Assembly: GCA_028023455.1 (NCBI GenBank)
Contig: JAQFVV010000007.1
Coordinates: 9,610,001 to 9,674,000 of the forward strand
Length of the DNA stretch: 64,000 nucleotides
Source: Epiperipatus broadwayi
Taxonomy: Eukaryota; Animalia; Onychophora
Direction: 5' to 3'
Made by a program: the position numbers and the translations under genes. Positions 1 through 14,142 of the stretch are shown piece after piece (position 1 is the first letter of the stretch; every line of letters begins with the position of its first letter). The notes under the pieces are model-generated. The model saw only the letters and a list, made by a program, of their open reading frames with translations. It searched no databases and was not told the DNA's origin.

Positions 1-429
1 ACTTGACATCAACTTAGTTTCGATGGCCTGCCTGATTTTTCTTTGGTGGTATCATATCTGGATTTTGGTATTAGTAATATCTATATTGTGATAACTATCC
101 TAGCATCAGAATGCTGATGAATGTTACTTCAACTGTGTCAGCATGCTGTAATGTTTTCTAGCAATAATGTAGCAATTACTCAAAAAGGAGCCATTCCAAA
201 CATGAGTTCACCAACTCAAGAGGAAACAAGTCATTAAGATTTTAACCGAATGTTATTATTATTTTTTTTGATTTGTAATATAAACAATTTTTATGTCATT
301 GCACTTCAAAAGGCATCAAATATTGTCTGCATTTATTTTTTAAAATCAGGAACACAAGCTCTAATGCCTATTGATTTTACTTTTTTGTTTTGTTATCATT
401 TTGGACATAAGCTAAGGTTTTGTAAATAG

Positions 430-720
430 AAGCCATCAAGTTATTGTTTTCCTGATGGTTTGTGATGATGGTGCTGTAGTTGTATTTTTATAATGAACTA
501 TTTCCATCATCTAATATGCGTATTGGATGCCTTTAGAAAAAATTAACTTTATTTTAAATATTCCAAATACATTCAACTATTAGTAATAGCACATCAAATA
601 GGTAAGTATATACACAAACGTTTAGAGGTATTATTTCCCCATCTTCTTCAGGTGTTGCTGGCCTGACCAGTGATAGTACTACCATGGGATAACCTGAATC
701 CTTTGCTTATATAACATTCC
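430..720 (-). mobile_element. Penelope-like element pseudo-LTR fragment with degenerate hammerhead motif
   Basis: Minus strand 600-660 reads ...CAACAC-CTGAAGA-AGATGGGGAAATAATACCTC-TAAAC-GTT. The block aligns by eye with the 3' end of the Penelope-like element at 46440-46815 and with fragments at 13420-13470, 17825-17945, 18060-18185 and 59715-59790. Confidence 0.6.
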
Positions 721-1329
721 TCTAGGCAGAATTTAGGTGCAAAATAAGCTGCTCTATTAAAGAGTTTTGCTGTGGATGAAAAGTTTAATTATCTTTTCCT
801 ATGAGTGTGTGTTTTTTCTGAAAAGAAAAAAAAAGTCATTCTATTTTTTGGTGAGGAGCATATTTAAAAATAAAGTTTTCCACCAGTTTAGTTTCCATTG
901 TGAATTTAATACCAAAAAGGATATCATTTATTGCATCAAAGAGAGAAAAAAATCTTATTTTTACTGTGATGCTAGACAACTTATCATCTATATACCTTAG
1001 GTGGATGATTTTAAACATATATATTTTTTATGTTCTCCATAAACAAATCAGGTAATAAAAAACATTTATTTATAATCTTGCTCACTGTGCATAAAATAAG
1101 TGTCCAGAAGGGAATGTTTAATTAAGATCATTATGCAGATTGCAACAATGTCATCATATTTAAACCTCATCAATCAGAATATGCTTCAATCTTTAATTAT
1201 TTTAAATATAGGTACTGTAGGCTGTATTAGATCCACTACACACTTAGCTAAAGTGAGAATAAGAGATCCATTACTACATATGCTGGAAGCATGATCAGTT
1301 TCATAAATATTTGGTTGTCTGAAGATTTT

Positions 1330-2990
1330 GGGTTAAGTAGAAAAACTGTTTCCTATTTTATTTTTCTATTTCTTGGTCAATCAGTAATTTATTCATAACA
1401 CCTTCAATAGAATTCTCAAAATAAAAAGTCGGAGATTCCCTAAAAAATAATAATTTCAAAAGAAAAAAAAAGAGTGCATTCAAACAACATAAAATCTAAC
1501 ATTTCTATAATTGTACTTTCAACGGACAAAGGAAATGCTAAAGTTGTCATGGATTGTGACATATAAGGACAATAAAATCCTAGCTCTGTTAAACAATAAT
1601 GCTCATGAAAAAACAAAGATTAGACTACTTATTTTGAGAAAACAAATTTATTATTAGTAAGTCATAAATCTAGAAAAAATTAAAAATCAACATTATTCCT
1701 AGGGAATGCTCCAAATTACTAAAAATATGTAAAAGATACCCACCTCCATCCTATAACGAATATTGTAGGATTAGTGACAAATCAATTGTAATCTATAATT
1801 TCATCATTAAAATTGTACAGTAAAAACTAGACTGATTTTATTTCTACAATTAAAAAATTTAAAGATTGGAACAAATAATACATTGGTAAGCTTCAACATT
1901 GTTTGCAATCTAACTGAAAAAGTTTTAAATATGATTCAATTTGCAGGAATACATTACTATCGCCACAACACATTGCTTTTTGAACACTTATTTCATGCAC
2001 AATAGGCAATATTATAAACAAATGTTGCATTCTGAAAAATTCTCCCATTTCTAGAGTTAGTTGATTTGATTATGGAGTGTATAAAAATATTTAATGAATC
2101 AGTATCTTTTAAGCCACTTACCCAACTCAGATAAAAAAACAACACATTGTTAATTGATAACATGGTTTAGATATCATTTTTTTCTCGCATATAAACACTA
2201 TCATTCTCATATTAAATTTATTTACAATGGAAACAGACTGATGAGAAACTTTTTTGTTGTTGATATATCCATCACCCAAATGCAAAACGGACTTTTATAA
2301 TTTTTTATTTTCATTTCATCATATCCAGCTCAGAATTTGTTGGTAGCAAAAACCTTCTTTAAAGAATAGTTAATCTTGCACAAAATTCCTATCTAGAGGA
2401 AGAAATAAATTATATAAGCAATAACTTGATAGTTAATGGTTAATAAAAAAAAACCAAAACAAATAAAATCTTAGCCCAGCCCAAACTTGATAATAATAAT
2501 AAAAAAAAACAAGGAAAAAAAAACAACCCAATAATCATTAGAATTCATGTTCCTTATACAAAAGGAGTCATAAACAATCTTGGATACATTCTGAAATATA
2601 TAACATAAAAATTATGTACATTACTAAATCAAAAAAATAGAAATATTCTTTCAAGCATAAGGACACAATCCCTATTATAGCTCATAAAGAGTTGGACTCT
2701 TCATATGGGCTATGAGTAATCACATCAGTGGTAGAAGGGACGAATACCCTAATGCAATAAAATAACAATCATTATTATCCACTTTCTTCATATGAATAAT
2801 AATTACTATACAGATTTTTCTAATATCAGGATATGATAATCTCCAAAGAAAAATCAAGAGGCCACTGAAATCCTTAAGAGGATAGACTATATCAACACAA
2901 GTGATGATATATCTTAAAATACAGCTCATTTGCAAAAAATTCTTAAAGCAACTGATAATTTTATACCAGACTATTCACCATTATCATCCC
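1330..2990 (+). mobile_element. Decayed Penelope-like retroelement (RT + GIY-YIG remnants)
   Basis: Frameshifted translation gives STDKGNAKVVMD (~1520; PLE ADKGNATVVM motif), FLNTYFMHNRQYYKQ (~1980) and further RT/endonuclease-like remnants; many stops. Confidence 0.65.
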
Positions 2991-3344
2991 TCCCCCTTTC
3001 ATGTTCTTAAAAAAAAAAAGAATTTTCATTGAATCGACTTAACGTTTATCAGCATCTTGACAATGTTTTTTGTTTTGTTTTAAAAAAACATTCCTTCACA
3101 GTTCTGACAAACATCAAACAATAGTGGTAACAATTACAAAAGGATACAAAATATTTATACACATAGATTGAATACTTAATCTAATACCCTTGGTTTCAGA
3201 GTCATTCTGAATTAACAATTTTGAAAGATTAAAAAAAAGAATCAATGACACACTTTATTGAATACTTATTGTATTTTTAAAACTCTATAAGCTGCTGGGA
3301 ACTCAAGCAAATGTTGAACAATAACTTAAAATTCAGTATTAATC

Positions 3345-4390
3345 AATCATCATCAACCATTATCAATCCGCTGCAGGATGAAGATCTCTCCAAGTTCAAT
3401 CCATCTCCTATCTCTAGTCTCTCTTCTCTGCACCACTCCAACACACTTCCTTATTTCATCCATCTCACATGTGATCTTTTTCTTGGTCTTTTACAATCTC
3501 TTGGAATTCAGTTTAAGATTTCAATTGTCCATCATCATCTCTTTTAACAATATATACAGCCCAACTACATCTGTCTCTTAATTCTTTCAATTTTATCAGA
3601 AACACCTGTTTGTTCTCTTACCCATGTATTTTGTTTTCGATCTCTTTTTTTTAGTCTTAACATACATATTTCTATACTTCATTTAGTGGTCTAAAGTCTC
3701 TGTATTGGTCTTCTATTGAGTGTCTGCGTCTCAGATTCATAGGTAACAATTGGTGAAACACATTGATTAAAAATCTTCCTTTTCAAACACACAGGCATAT
3801 TTTCTTTTAATATTAAGTTATTTCTACCAAAAGGACTCCAACCAAGTTTAATTCTATGATTAATTTCATCCATTATGTTTCTGTCTGTAGTAATAATCTG
3901 ACTGGGTATTTGTAGTTGTTAACTTCTTCTAACTCATCATTATCAATCTTTATTTTTTTTTGAGAAAATCCATTGAACATTATTTTAGTTTTGTTTTTTA
4001 AACCGTTATCTTTAATCCTTCTTTCATCTAATAATTCTTGCAACATTTCCTGAAGCTCTAAAGCATTATCTATGAAAATAACGTCACCTGCAAAATCTAG
4101 ATGACTAAATAATCTCCATTTACCTTTATTCCTTTAGCTTCCCATTTTAATTCACAAAATACTTCTTACAACATTGTTATAAAAAGTTTTAGAGATATGG
4201 AGTCACCCTGTCTTACACCCTTCTCAATATTATCCTTTTTAATATCATTATGTAAACTAATTGTTGCTGTTGCATTTTTATAAATATTCTTCAAAATATG
4301 ACAATATCCTGCATCTATACCTTGATGATCCAATGCTTTAATTACTGAAGAAATGTTTATAGAATCAAATGTCTTTTCATAACTACAAAA
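3345..4390 (-). mobile_element. 5'-truncated RTE-clade LINE
   Basis: ORF 3691-3873 DEINHRIKLGWSPFGRNNLILKENMPVCLKRKIFNQCV is a typical RTE RT C-terminus. 3' tail ...ATCCTGCAGCGGATTGATAATGGTTGATGATGAT is shared with the other copies. Confidence 0.85.
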
Positions 4391-7379
4391 AATTCAGTAT
4401 TATGTAGATATGAAATTTTTTTTTTTTACATTTTTCAAGAAGATTCCAGTAATTTTTATTTAAATGTATACAATATTGCGTAAATGATGGAAGAATATTT
4501 ACTTAAGTTAGCATTAAAGTCATTTGCCATTTTATTGAATAAATGCCTAAATTAGGTTGGATAACTGCTTATAGCTCTAAGTGACAAAGATAAAAGAAAA
4601 ATAAATTTGTGGATGAGTGAAGAATCTCAACTTATTTCTGCGTGTTTAGCTTTATTTTTAAAATGTGGGTATCTTAACAGTAAAATCTGGTATCCTCTCA
4701 TAATTTTGTGTGGATAATTAATTATCATTTGGGAATTATAAGTGTTCAACATATTTTAATTGTAAATTATTACAATGGCCAATACTATTAGCTACCCATT
4801 GCTTGTTACATGGGTGTTTAGATGATCTTAGCTGGAGAACAAAGCAAAGAACAAAAAACCTTAAATGTCCATCATTTAACATAAAGATTAATTAGTTACC
4901 TTGCAGGTAATGCCTTCTTGCAGAATAACAAAAGTTTTCACCTTACAAGAGGCTATTTAAATAGATTAGCTTTCAGAATACCAAATACATCTTTTTAATA
5001 TTATATATAATAATCTATTCAAGAATTTTCTTTTCTAATTCAGTCTAATTATTGCACAATATTTTCTACCTTTGTCCATCAAATGTTTCTCTAATCCATA
5101 ACTTCTAATGAGCTATTTTTATAAATAAGACCTTCTGTGACCATAGAGATTACATATGGTTTGAATGAATCCTTACTGTTATATTTCCACAGCCGCTACC
5201 TAATTGCCATCTTTTCAAAAAGAAGTGGGTCAATAGTTTAGTTATATCTTATAACTCCTAGATTAAAAACGAATGCTTCAGTTTTACCTATGATTTTGGA
5301 ATCTTACAAAAACCAGAGACGTCCTTCCATAAATTACAAGCAAACTTTTGATTTATTACCACAATTTCTTTTTTTGCCTTCCAAATACATACCACACAGT
5401 CTTTAATTGCTTATATATATATATATATTAAAGCCCAATTTCTTGAATTATACATCATACGTGGAAATGAAACTGATTAAAAAATTTTTTTTTAATACAG
5501 AAATATTTCTAAATGATCTACAATCATTAGATACAATTTTTTTTTTCATTATATTTCTTCTGTTTATTTCTTTTATGCAAGCATGAAGTGTCTCTTCTTG
5601 ACACAAAATAATGTACTTTGTGGAGACACTGTTACAACCATACAGTGATTTCCAATCTATAAATATCAATAAATATTTGTCTAATTCATATGAATTTTTA
5701 AAACTTTAGTAATAATTTTACTCAAAAGATGGAGCCTCTTCTATTTTTTTCTTTTAAAAAAAATTAACTAAGCTGTAAAAAAAACTGATTATTTGAAGAC
5801 AAGATGCTATAGATCAGCAGCCATTAATGAATGTTGCTTGTTAAATAAACTAAATCTGTAAGCAATGTTTTTATTTATTTATTTCTATTAAAAATTTCTA
5901 TTAAAAATATTTAAAAACTGTATTAGCTTTTGATTTAAAATGTGCTTTTTATACATACTTTGGGATTATATTACAGGCAATATAAATACTATATTTAGAC
6001 TTTTTTTAAAGTTGTAAAGTTTTAGTTAAGTAATTTATTTTAAATTATTATGCATTCTAAATGTATGTTATTATTTTTAATAATATACATTGTTATAAAA
6101 TAATGTCCTATATGTTACTATTAAAAAAATACATAAACAACATAAGAAGTCTAAATTAGATGTAATATTCCATTTTATTTTTTTTCTCTTAATATAATCA
6201 CATTACAAAAAGCTTTTATTTATAAATAAAAATATTTTTTAAAAATTAAAATGAGATGCAAATAAATTATACAAGTAGATGTCATGCCTTTTGATAATGG
6301 TGACTTATCTGTATACAAAAGCAGTGATAATATACACAAACATATAAAAATACAGAAAAAGTACTTTCTATTGAGCTAAGTATGAAATCAAGATTTGTTA
6401 GATATTATATAACTATCAATTTTTGAAACAATAACCAGTAAAATCCAGGGGCATAAAAACTGAAGTCTTTTCTTTTGAAAAACATTCACTTCGATTGCAA
6501 TACCTTCCCCTCAATTGCAGTTCAGAGATTTGCTGAATCTAATTTGGAGAAGACATATATAAAGGGGTAATCATGATATTTATTAACTATGTTGCTCTAT
6601 TACATATACAACAAAAATTATTAACTAGTTTTTACTAAAAATTTAAAATTAAATATTAACTAATCGCAAAGAATTTGATAATTAAATTGGGGGCTTAAAA
6701 TTTGTGACTGATGCTTAGGAGTTTTTTTTTTTAACCCAAAAACAAAAAAATTCCTTTAATCTGGATAAAATGAAAGTTTTGAATTAACATATATTTTCAT
6801 TTAAGAACACTCTGCAAAATTCTAAAAATATAATGGCAAGACCATGACACCAATCAACATATTCTTCAACTTGATGGATGTGATATTATAGTTGCAAAAT
6901 CACAATTTTGTTGAATTGAGTAAGTAGAATGAATGTGTTTTATGTTTAAACTTAAGCATGAACTTTTGTAGAGAGTAAACCCTGTTAAGTACTAAGTATA
7001 ATCTCAAAAATATAATGGAGAATAGAATATATTGGAGAGCTACAACTGCTGAAGAAATTAACAGATAGCATCACCAAATATTAGAAAAATGGACCAGCAT
7101 GTTCTACACATGGACATATATGTGGTTGACGAATTGTTTTACGTAGACATTACAAAAATTATGTCTAGAGCAGTTTTTTTTTTCATTCTCTTGGAGTTAG
7201 AAGGGTGCCACTCATTTACAAGTGGCAGATGTATGTATATATTTTATTTATTCATTAGCATCCATCAAATAAGTATGGAAATTCTAATTTCAGAAGGAAA
7301 AAAAATGACAGAAAGATAAAGAACGAAAGGTGAAGATTAGTTTTGCAATAACTATAATGGCAATACAGACACATACATT

Positions 7380-8630
7380 ACGTTTGTTATTTCCAATGAC
7401 GTCATAGTTTAATTTATTCTACAGCAAGCTTTTCTTTTTAAAAGTCTTCAATATTTTGTCTAATTATAATTCTCCAATATAATAAATCTTAGCTGTATTT
7501 TCCTAATTTAAGTAATTTATGGTTCACCTTTTTAGAGATAACCTTATAATGTAAATGCGATTTGTTTGTCCCATATTCTCGATCAAAATGTGACATTACA
7601 ACCAATATTCGGAAAAACATACCAGCTGGTCAGTCTTAAGATTCCCAATATATTTTCGGCAGGATTTTACGAATATATGGTATATACATAGAATGGAGGG
7701 AGGGGGTTTAAATCAAAAACCTAAAAAACAAAACCCAAAAGTATTTATTATTCATTAATTATGCAAATAGCTAATAACAAATATAATTCATAAACTATAT
7801 AACGATTTTATTACTTGCAAAGTTCAATGTAAATGTATTTTTAATATTAAGCGCAAATTGAATTCCATCTTTAAAAAAATGATTGGTGCGGTTCGAAGAA
7901 ATGGATTACTTCTCGACTTTCCAAACCGATATAACCATTATTTATTCTATATTACCGTCAACGCTAGCGTAGAAATATTTTCTAAAACCGTTCAATTCAA
8001 GTAAACAGATAGATGACATTTCTTTTATTTAAATTAGTTTTTTTTTTTACTATTTGTCTTATTTTATAAATAATATATATATAATGAATATATTAACAGT
8101 TTACGCATATATATGTAACTGTATATGATTAATGTTTCAAATAAATGCCAATTCAAAACATGTACTTCAGATGTTTCTAAATATAAAATCAAGTTAGGAT
8201 TATTTAAAAAAAATATTTAATATAATTTCAATACAGCTGACAATTTCCAAAGTAAATTCAAAATTTGAAAACATTAAAAAAATATCTGTCAATTTAAAAT
8301 GGGATTTATTATTATTTTCGCAATGTTTAAAAACATACAGTATATTACTCGCACGCTTAAAAAGCAATTGAAATAGGAATAGTGATTTCATATAACAATA
8401 ATTTCCAATGAAAGACTTTTCAGAGAGATAAATTTTACGGTGCGGATAAAGATCCATTGATGTTTCAAAACTACGTAGCCGGCTAAAAGAAAAAAAAACA
8501 ATGAAATAATTATGAAAATGACATTTGATCTATTAAAAACAACAACAACAACGTTCGTTCTTGTTTATTAAAGAAATAATATAGTCCGATTTCAGCCATA
8601 TTGACGTCTATTTAAATTGAACAACTATCC
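7380..8630. promoter_or_regulatory. CpG-retaining, promoter-like region
   Basis: About 30 CpGs by eye in 1.25 kb against a strongly CpG-depleted background. Perfect CRE TGACGTCA at 7397-7404 and YY1/Pho-like CAGCCATATT near 8593. No transposon hallmarks seen. Confidence 0.4.
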
Positions 8631-8684
8631 AATGTAATTTATTTATGTATTGCGCATTTTAACTTTAAATTATTGTAATAATTT

Positions 8685-9130
8685 ATCATCATCATCATCA
8701 ACCATTATCAATCCACTGCAGGATGAAGGTCTCTCCAAGTCCAAACCATCTCCGATCTTTAGCTTCTCTTCACATCATCCCTGCACACTTTCTTATTTCA
8801 TCCATCCATCTCACATGTGGTCTCTTTCTGGGTCTTTTACAATCTCTTAGAATCCAGTTTAAGGTTTCAATTGTCCATCTATTATCATCTCTTCTAGCAA
8901 TATGTCTCGCCCAACTTCACTTCAGTCTTTTAATTTTTTCAATGAGGTCAATAACACCTATTTGTTCTCTTATCTTTTCTTGTTACTCATAACATGCATA
9001 TCTCCATACTTCTTTGAGTGGTCTGAAGTTTCTGCATTGCTCTTCTATTAAGTGTCCAAGTCTCAGATCCATAAGTAAGAACTTGTAAAACACATTTATT
9101 TAATAACTTATATATATATAAGTAATGTAT
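8685..9130 (-). mobile_element. RTE-clade LINE 3' fragment
   Basis: Translation LLNKCVLQVLTYGSETWTLNRRAMQKLQTTQRSME; same 3' tail with (ATG)n as the copy at 3345. Confidence 0.85.
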
Positions 9131-9649
9131 TTGAGTATTATATATTGTAATGGTCAGAATTGTGGGTTCAGCTAACAAGATTTAGAGACCTAGCAAAAGT
9201 ACTTCAAACCCAGCATGTTCGGGATATGGTAATCGCAGAACAGTAGTAAGCTTTAACCCATTTTCCAGTGCTACAAAACCTCCACTATCCGATCAATGCT
9301 CCTGATGCTACTAATGGTAATCATTTTCTTTTGGTCCCGATAGTCAGGGTAAAACAAGGAATCTACGGATTCAAACTCAGCCTGTCATGAATTAGTTACT
9401 AAATTAATTGATAAAATACTCACCAGCTCCCATAAGAACCTAATACTTTGACAATGCTTAGAATACATTTTTATCTACTTCAAAGGTTTTGAGTAGACTC
9501 ATGGATCATTTAACTAAGTGTGGATACAGTTGGGTAGATGTGGTGAACCAGGGAAAGACATGACCAATGTATAAACATAAATATACATAATTTATTAAGA
9601 ACAGATTGAATAAGATATAGAATAACAATGATATTATTTAGATCTCATT

Positions 9650-10075
9650 ATGATCCATGTATGAGTATTACAAATGAACTAGAAATTAATAATCACAACA
9701 ATATTTAAATATCAGTATGACATATGAATGAGCATTACAAAGGAACTGTGTGTTAATAATAATAACAACATTTAGGTATCAGTATGATATGTGTATGAGC
9801 ATTACAAAGGAACTGTGTTTTAATAATAACATTTGTGTATCAGTGCGATACGTGTCTGAGCATTACAATAAACTAAAAGTTAATAATGATAACCATATTT
9901 AAATATCAGTGTGATACATGTATGAGCATTACAAAATAACTATATGGTGAAAATGATAACAACCTTGTGTATCAATATCAACATATAGTTCTTTTGTAAT
10001 GCTCACACATGTATCACACTGATTGTTAAATATGATTATCATTATTAACTTCGAGTTTATTTAAAATTAGTTAAT
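9650..10075. repeat. ~65-bp minisatellite (5 direct units) followed by one inverted unit
   Basis: Units contain TATGAGCATTACAAA...TATCAG(T)ATGA at ~9655, 9721, 9788, 9849 and 9915. 9985-10075 is the reverse complement (TTTGTAATGCTCACACATGTATCACACTGAT). Confidence 0.85.
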
Positions 10076-12914
10076 ATAATTTTAAGTCCTGAGTCTCATG
10101 ATTCTCCCTGCCCTATGCCAGCCACAAAAGATAGATGTACTACATGTAACTTCAAGTGTGGTTATTCGTAGGGTCTTGAGTCTTGGAGTACTGGCAAACG
10201 AGTTGAAGTGTGGTCTGATTCGGGACGTCACAATCCTGATCTGGTTGGCTTTGGTCTCTTTGTTTGGATAGGCCAATCTCCATTATTGAGTAATAAGAAA
10301 TTAATATATGTTCTTTATAGATACATCTGCCATCAGCGTGGTATGTGCAGGAAACTGGAACATGGGTTATGAATCACTATCGTCATAGAGTACCCATGTA
10401 TCGGCTCAAAAACACGGCTATCTCCAGTACCAGTAAAATATCCGTCTGGCAGCTCACATAGTATTACTAGACATATGTTCATTTATTGTAAGTATGTAGG
10501 CACAGATATATTCTACCAAGTAACACTGATATACTTGCCAAAAAGGCATTAATTCATACTTGGAGAGATATTTAAGTTTGTATTTAAAATTTGATAAAAC
10601 AAGTAATGATGTGAAAATCAAGATAACCATATTTTATAGGCTATAAAATGCTCATGAGCTTAAATATAAAGCTTAATTATGAATTATCATGTAAGGAGGC
10701 AATAAGATACGCCTGCTGAGACAGTACTTTTCCCTTAAATGTATGTATCATTAAATAGATATAGCAGGATGAGCACATACTTTCATAATAAATAACATTA
10801 CCAGTTTTACATTTAAGAAAAAAACATGATTATTTTTTTAATATATAAATAAATGCACATATATATTATTTCATTTAATTGTCATAAAGAATATCACCAA
10901 ATAGATGTTGACTTAAATAATGATTTTAGCACTCATTTATTCTTAATTTTGTTAACGAGGTATTGATTTGATTAGTATATATGAGTAGACTGCAAGGTTT
11001 AATTCAGATATTTGATTTTTTTTTTTTTTAAACAAACAAATGACAACATTTTAATTCACAAGGATTTGGACAAATGATTTAAGAAATTCAAGCTTGCATT
11101 TGTTACTTTAAAGTTACAAAATAATTATTACTCTCACCCTAAAGATGGGAGACAAAACAAACAATTATGTATTAATTGATCAAATATTAAAATATAATCT
11201 CTCCAAATACTTGTGAGTTGGCATACCAATATAATATAGATAAAGTTAATCAATAAAGTATATATTTTTATAACTAAAGAAAAAAAATACGTGACATATT
11301 TCAAAATAATAAAAAATTGTATTTATAAAGTTCATAGAATTTTGTATCATTAAATTAGAAATTAAGTTCTGACATAGACTGACTTGTTATAAAAGATTTA
11401 CTACACTCATATATATATATTAATGTCTTTTTTAAATTACATCCTCCTTTGGGATCAAGTCTTTTTATTGAGTAGTTATGAATCTGAGGAATTTAAATAT
11501 TAAAGAGTTTTCATAGAAGGCATTTTAAATATTTTATCTTTAAAGATTAAAAGTTCATACTTGCATTTGGAGGCCGTTTGATGATTACTTTGGTGAGATA
11601 GGATGGTACAACTGTCTTCTTACAAGTTGAAACTTAATTCTGGGCAAGTTATTGGTTTACTGGACACAGGAAAAGGACTGGATTTGAAGCTGGTAACTCC
11701 GAAAGGCTAAACTCGTTCTACTCAAAAGTCATGGTAATGCATGACATCTGCTTACATTCAATGGTACATTTGAGAGAGAGTCCAAAAAGAGAAATATAAC
11801 CCAGTATTAAGCCTCTCAAATCTAAATAAAAATCTTACTCAGCAAAATCAAAAAATCATATTTAGCTATCCCTCCATCTATCATGTCTAGAGTTTTTTCT
11901 TTATTCTTATTATTTTAAAAAAAATATTTTAATTAATTCCCCAGACTCACTTTTGCTGGAAAAGAAAATACACCGGTTGACTAGTTCTTAATTTGCACCA
12001 ATCTGCAAAACCTTATCAAGATTAAAATAAGATGAGAAAACTTAACTGCTCCCAAAGACAATAAATAATTCATGTACCAATGAAACTGTATTTTTTCAAA
12101 TGTTTTATAAAAGACTTGTAGAAATTACTGCCTTAAGCTGAATGTTTGGCCATCAAAAAACAAGTCAACTTAATTTTTCCATTTCTTTTTTTTAGAAAAA
12201 CATACAAAACAAAAAAAAAATACATTTTCTTTTCCAAATATATAACTAGAATGTATTTTAGTGTTAACAATATATATATACGTACCATCATTCAATCATA
12301 CACACACCTGCATATATACCTTACTTTGTTAGTAAGGGTAAAAAATCAGCTAGTAGATCTATCATCCTCTGTTCATATTACATTTAACTAAATATCATGA
12401 AGCTCTGTGTGTGCATATACACTGAATGTTTCAATATATATCATAACTAAAGGTTCCTACATTTATGCATGTTAAGTAGTACTTAAACTGTTTTAAATAA
12501 AGGGAGTAAATACCCCCCCCCATCCTCTTTTTATACTATGAAATTAAAAACACCAATAGTTGAACAAAGAACCAAGAACAGAAGGAATCCACCGGGCTTT
12601 GATGTTTATCAACATTGTTGTTGTTTGTCAACACTTTATAATTCAGAATATTAATATATCAGCCAGCTGGATGGAACACGGCATTTAATAGTTATCAAAT
12701 ACTGGATTCGATAATGAAATGAAAATTAGAAATAGGAAACTACAGATAACATAAACATAGAAACATGTTAGCTACAAATAACAACAACAAAAAGAAATGG
12801 AAATATGTTAATGTAACATTTAATATGAAAAAAATGAGTTGCTAAACAAGTGTGAAATGAAAGAATTGGAGACAACATATTTGTTTATATATAAACGGCT
12901 TTAACCATAGTGAA

Positions 12915-13160
12915 GGGTCTTATGGTGTAAACAGGTTGAGCAATAACATGACAAGCACACAATCTGAGTTTGAATCCAGGTTGGGTAAAACTTGAAATTT
13001 TTTTACAGCTTCTAATAAGACTAATTTTTCTTTCAGAAAATCAGCCGTAGATAACCTAGCTTTCATTCACCAATAATCATTTAGTAAATGCTGGGTGATA
13101 TTTGGGAAAGCCAACAAACCACAATTGAAAATACCAATTGATTAATGGAACAAATAGTAG
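12915..13160 (+). mobile_element. Possible decayed tRNA-derived SINE
   Basis: Degenerate A-box/B-box-like spacing (TATGGTGTAAACAGG ... GAGTTTGAATCC) followed by a T-rich body; weak. Confidence 0.3.
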
Positions 13161-14069
13161 TAAACCTTTTTTTTTTTTTTTTACAAATGACAATAAAAAA
13201 ATAATAATGTGTGCGTCATGTGAATAAAATGTTATGTGTATTTTTTTACAAAAAATTAATTGAACAAATGAATTAAGAACAAAAGCTAGAATTAGTTGTG
13301 CAAATACAAATTTACTTGTACAAAATATTTTTTTAAAAAAAAGAAAGGTTATGGTAAAGTCTTTGGTGTTGAAAGTAGCGTTTTATTTTTCAAATTTATC
13401 ACCACTTTCCGATCAATTGTTAGTTTGTAGAATGTCTTAGATGATGGAAATAGTCCAATATAAAAATAAGGTCTTTTTTAGAGGTTTATCACTGTTATTT
13501 TTTGTAAGGTCAAGTGGGTTAAATTTTAGTAGTTTTTTCAAATATTCTTTTTAGGGTTTAGCATCACATTAAGATCAAACATTCACTCAGATTTTTTCAC
13601 ACAAACAGATAACATATATTATAAATTGATAGATGAAAACTTTTGTGAGATTATAGTAGGAGGCAAAAATAAAGCCAAAGGAAATGATCAATTTCTTTCT
13701 TGATCAAAATAAAATGGAAATAACAATTTTCTGCATATGTTTCAATTGAAACAATCAATACAACACTGGATGGGTGGCATTTAAAGTGACAAACAAGTTT
13801 ATATTGTCTATAAAGAACACCTAAAGAAAAGTAAGCAATGGATTTTAGGTGAAGATTATTTGTGTTTTCTCAAAATAATACTACAGGCTGTTTTAAAAAA
13901 CTTTAGATAATTTTAATGAACACCTCTTAAACAAACAAACAAAAAAGATCAATTCAACAAACTAACAAAATCTACCTGACCTGAAAGCAATAAATCCACA
14001 AATAAAAAATAAAATGATACCCTTCAACATCATAGTATTTCAACATTCTACCAAAACTTTTTGTGTCAA

Positions 14070-14142
14070 GCGTTGGTGGCCGAGTGGTTAGCACAGCTAC
14101 CTTATAAGCAGTTGTCCCAGGGTTCGTTTCCCGGTCGACGCT
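14070..14142 (+). tRNA. tRNA-Gly(UCC)-derived gene or pseudogene with TAT anticodon
   Basis: GCGTTGGTGGCCGAGTGGTTAGCACAGCTACCTTATAAGCAGTTGTCCCAGGGTTCGTTTCCCGGTCGACGC closely follows eukaryotic tRNA-Gly(TCC). Acceptor stem pairs 7/7 with G-U wobbles; anticodon loop CT-TAT-AA (14101-14107); D-stem and T-loop are altered. Confidence 0.7.

Noticed and set aside
2236-2250. CTGATGAGAAAC as a hammerhead core
   Set aside because: No stem II between the boxes, and it lies within Penelope RT-coding remnants.
9650-9980. CRISPR-like array
   Set aside because: Whole units are repeated with gradual divergence and there are no unique spacers; eukaryotic context with no cas genes.
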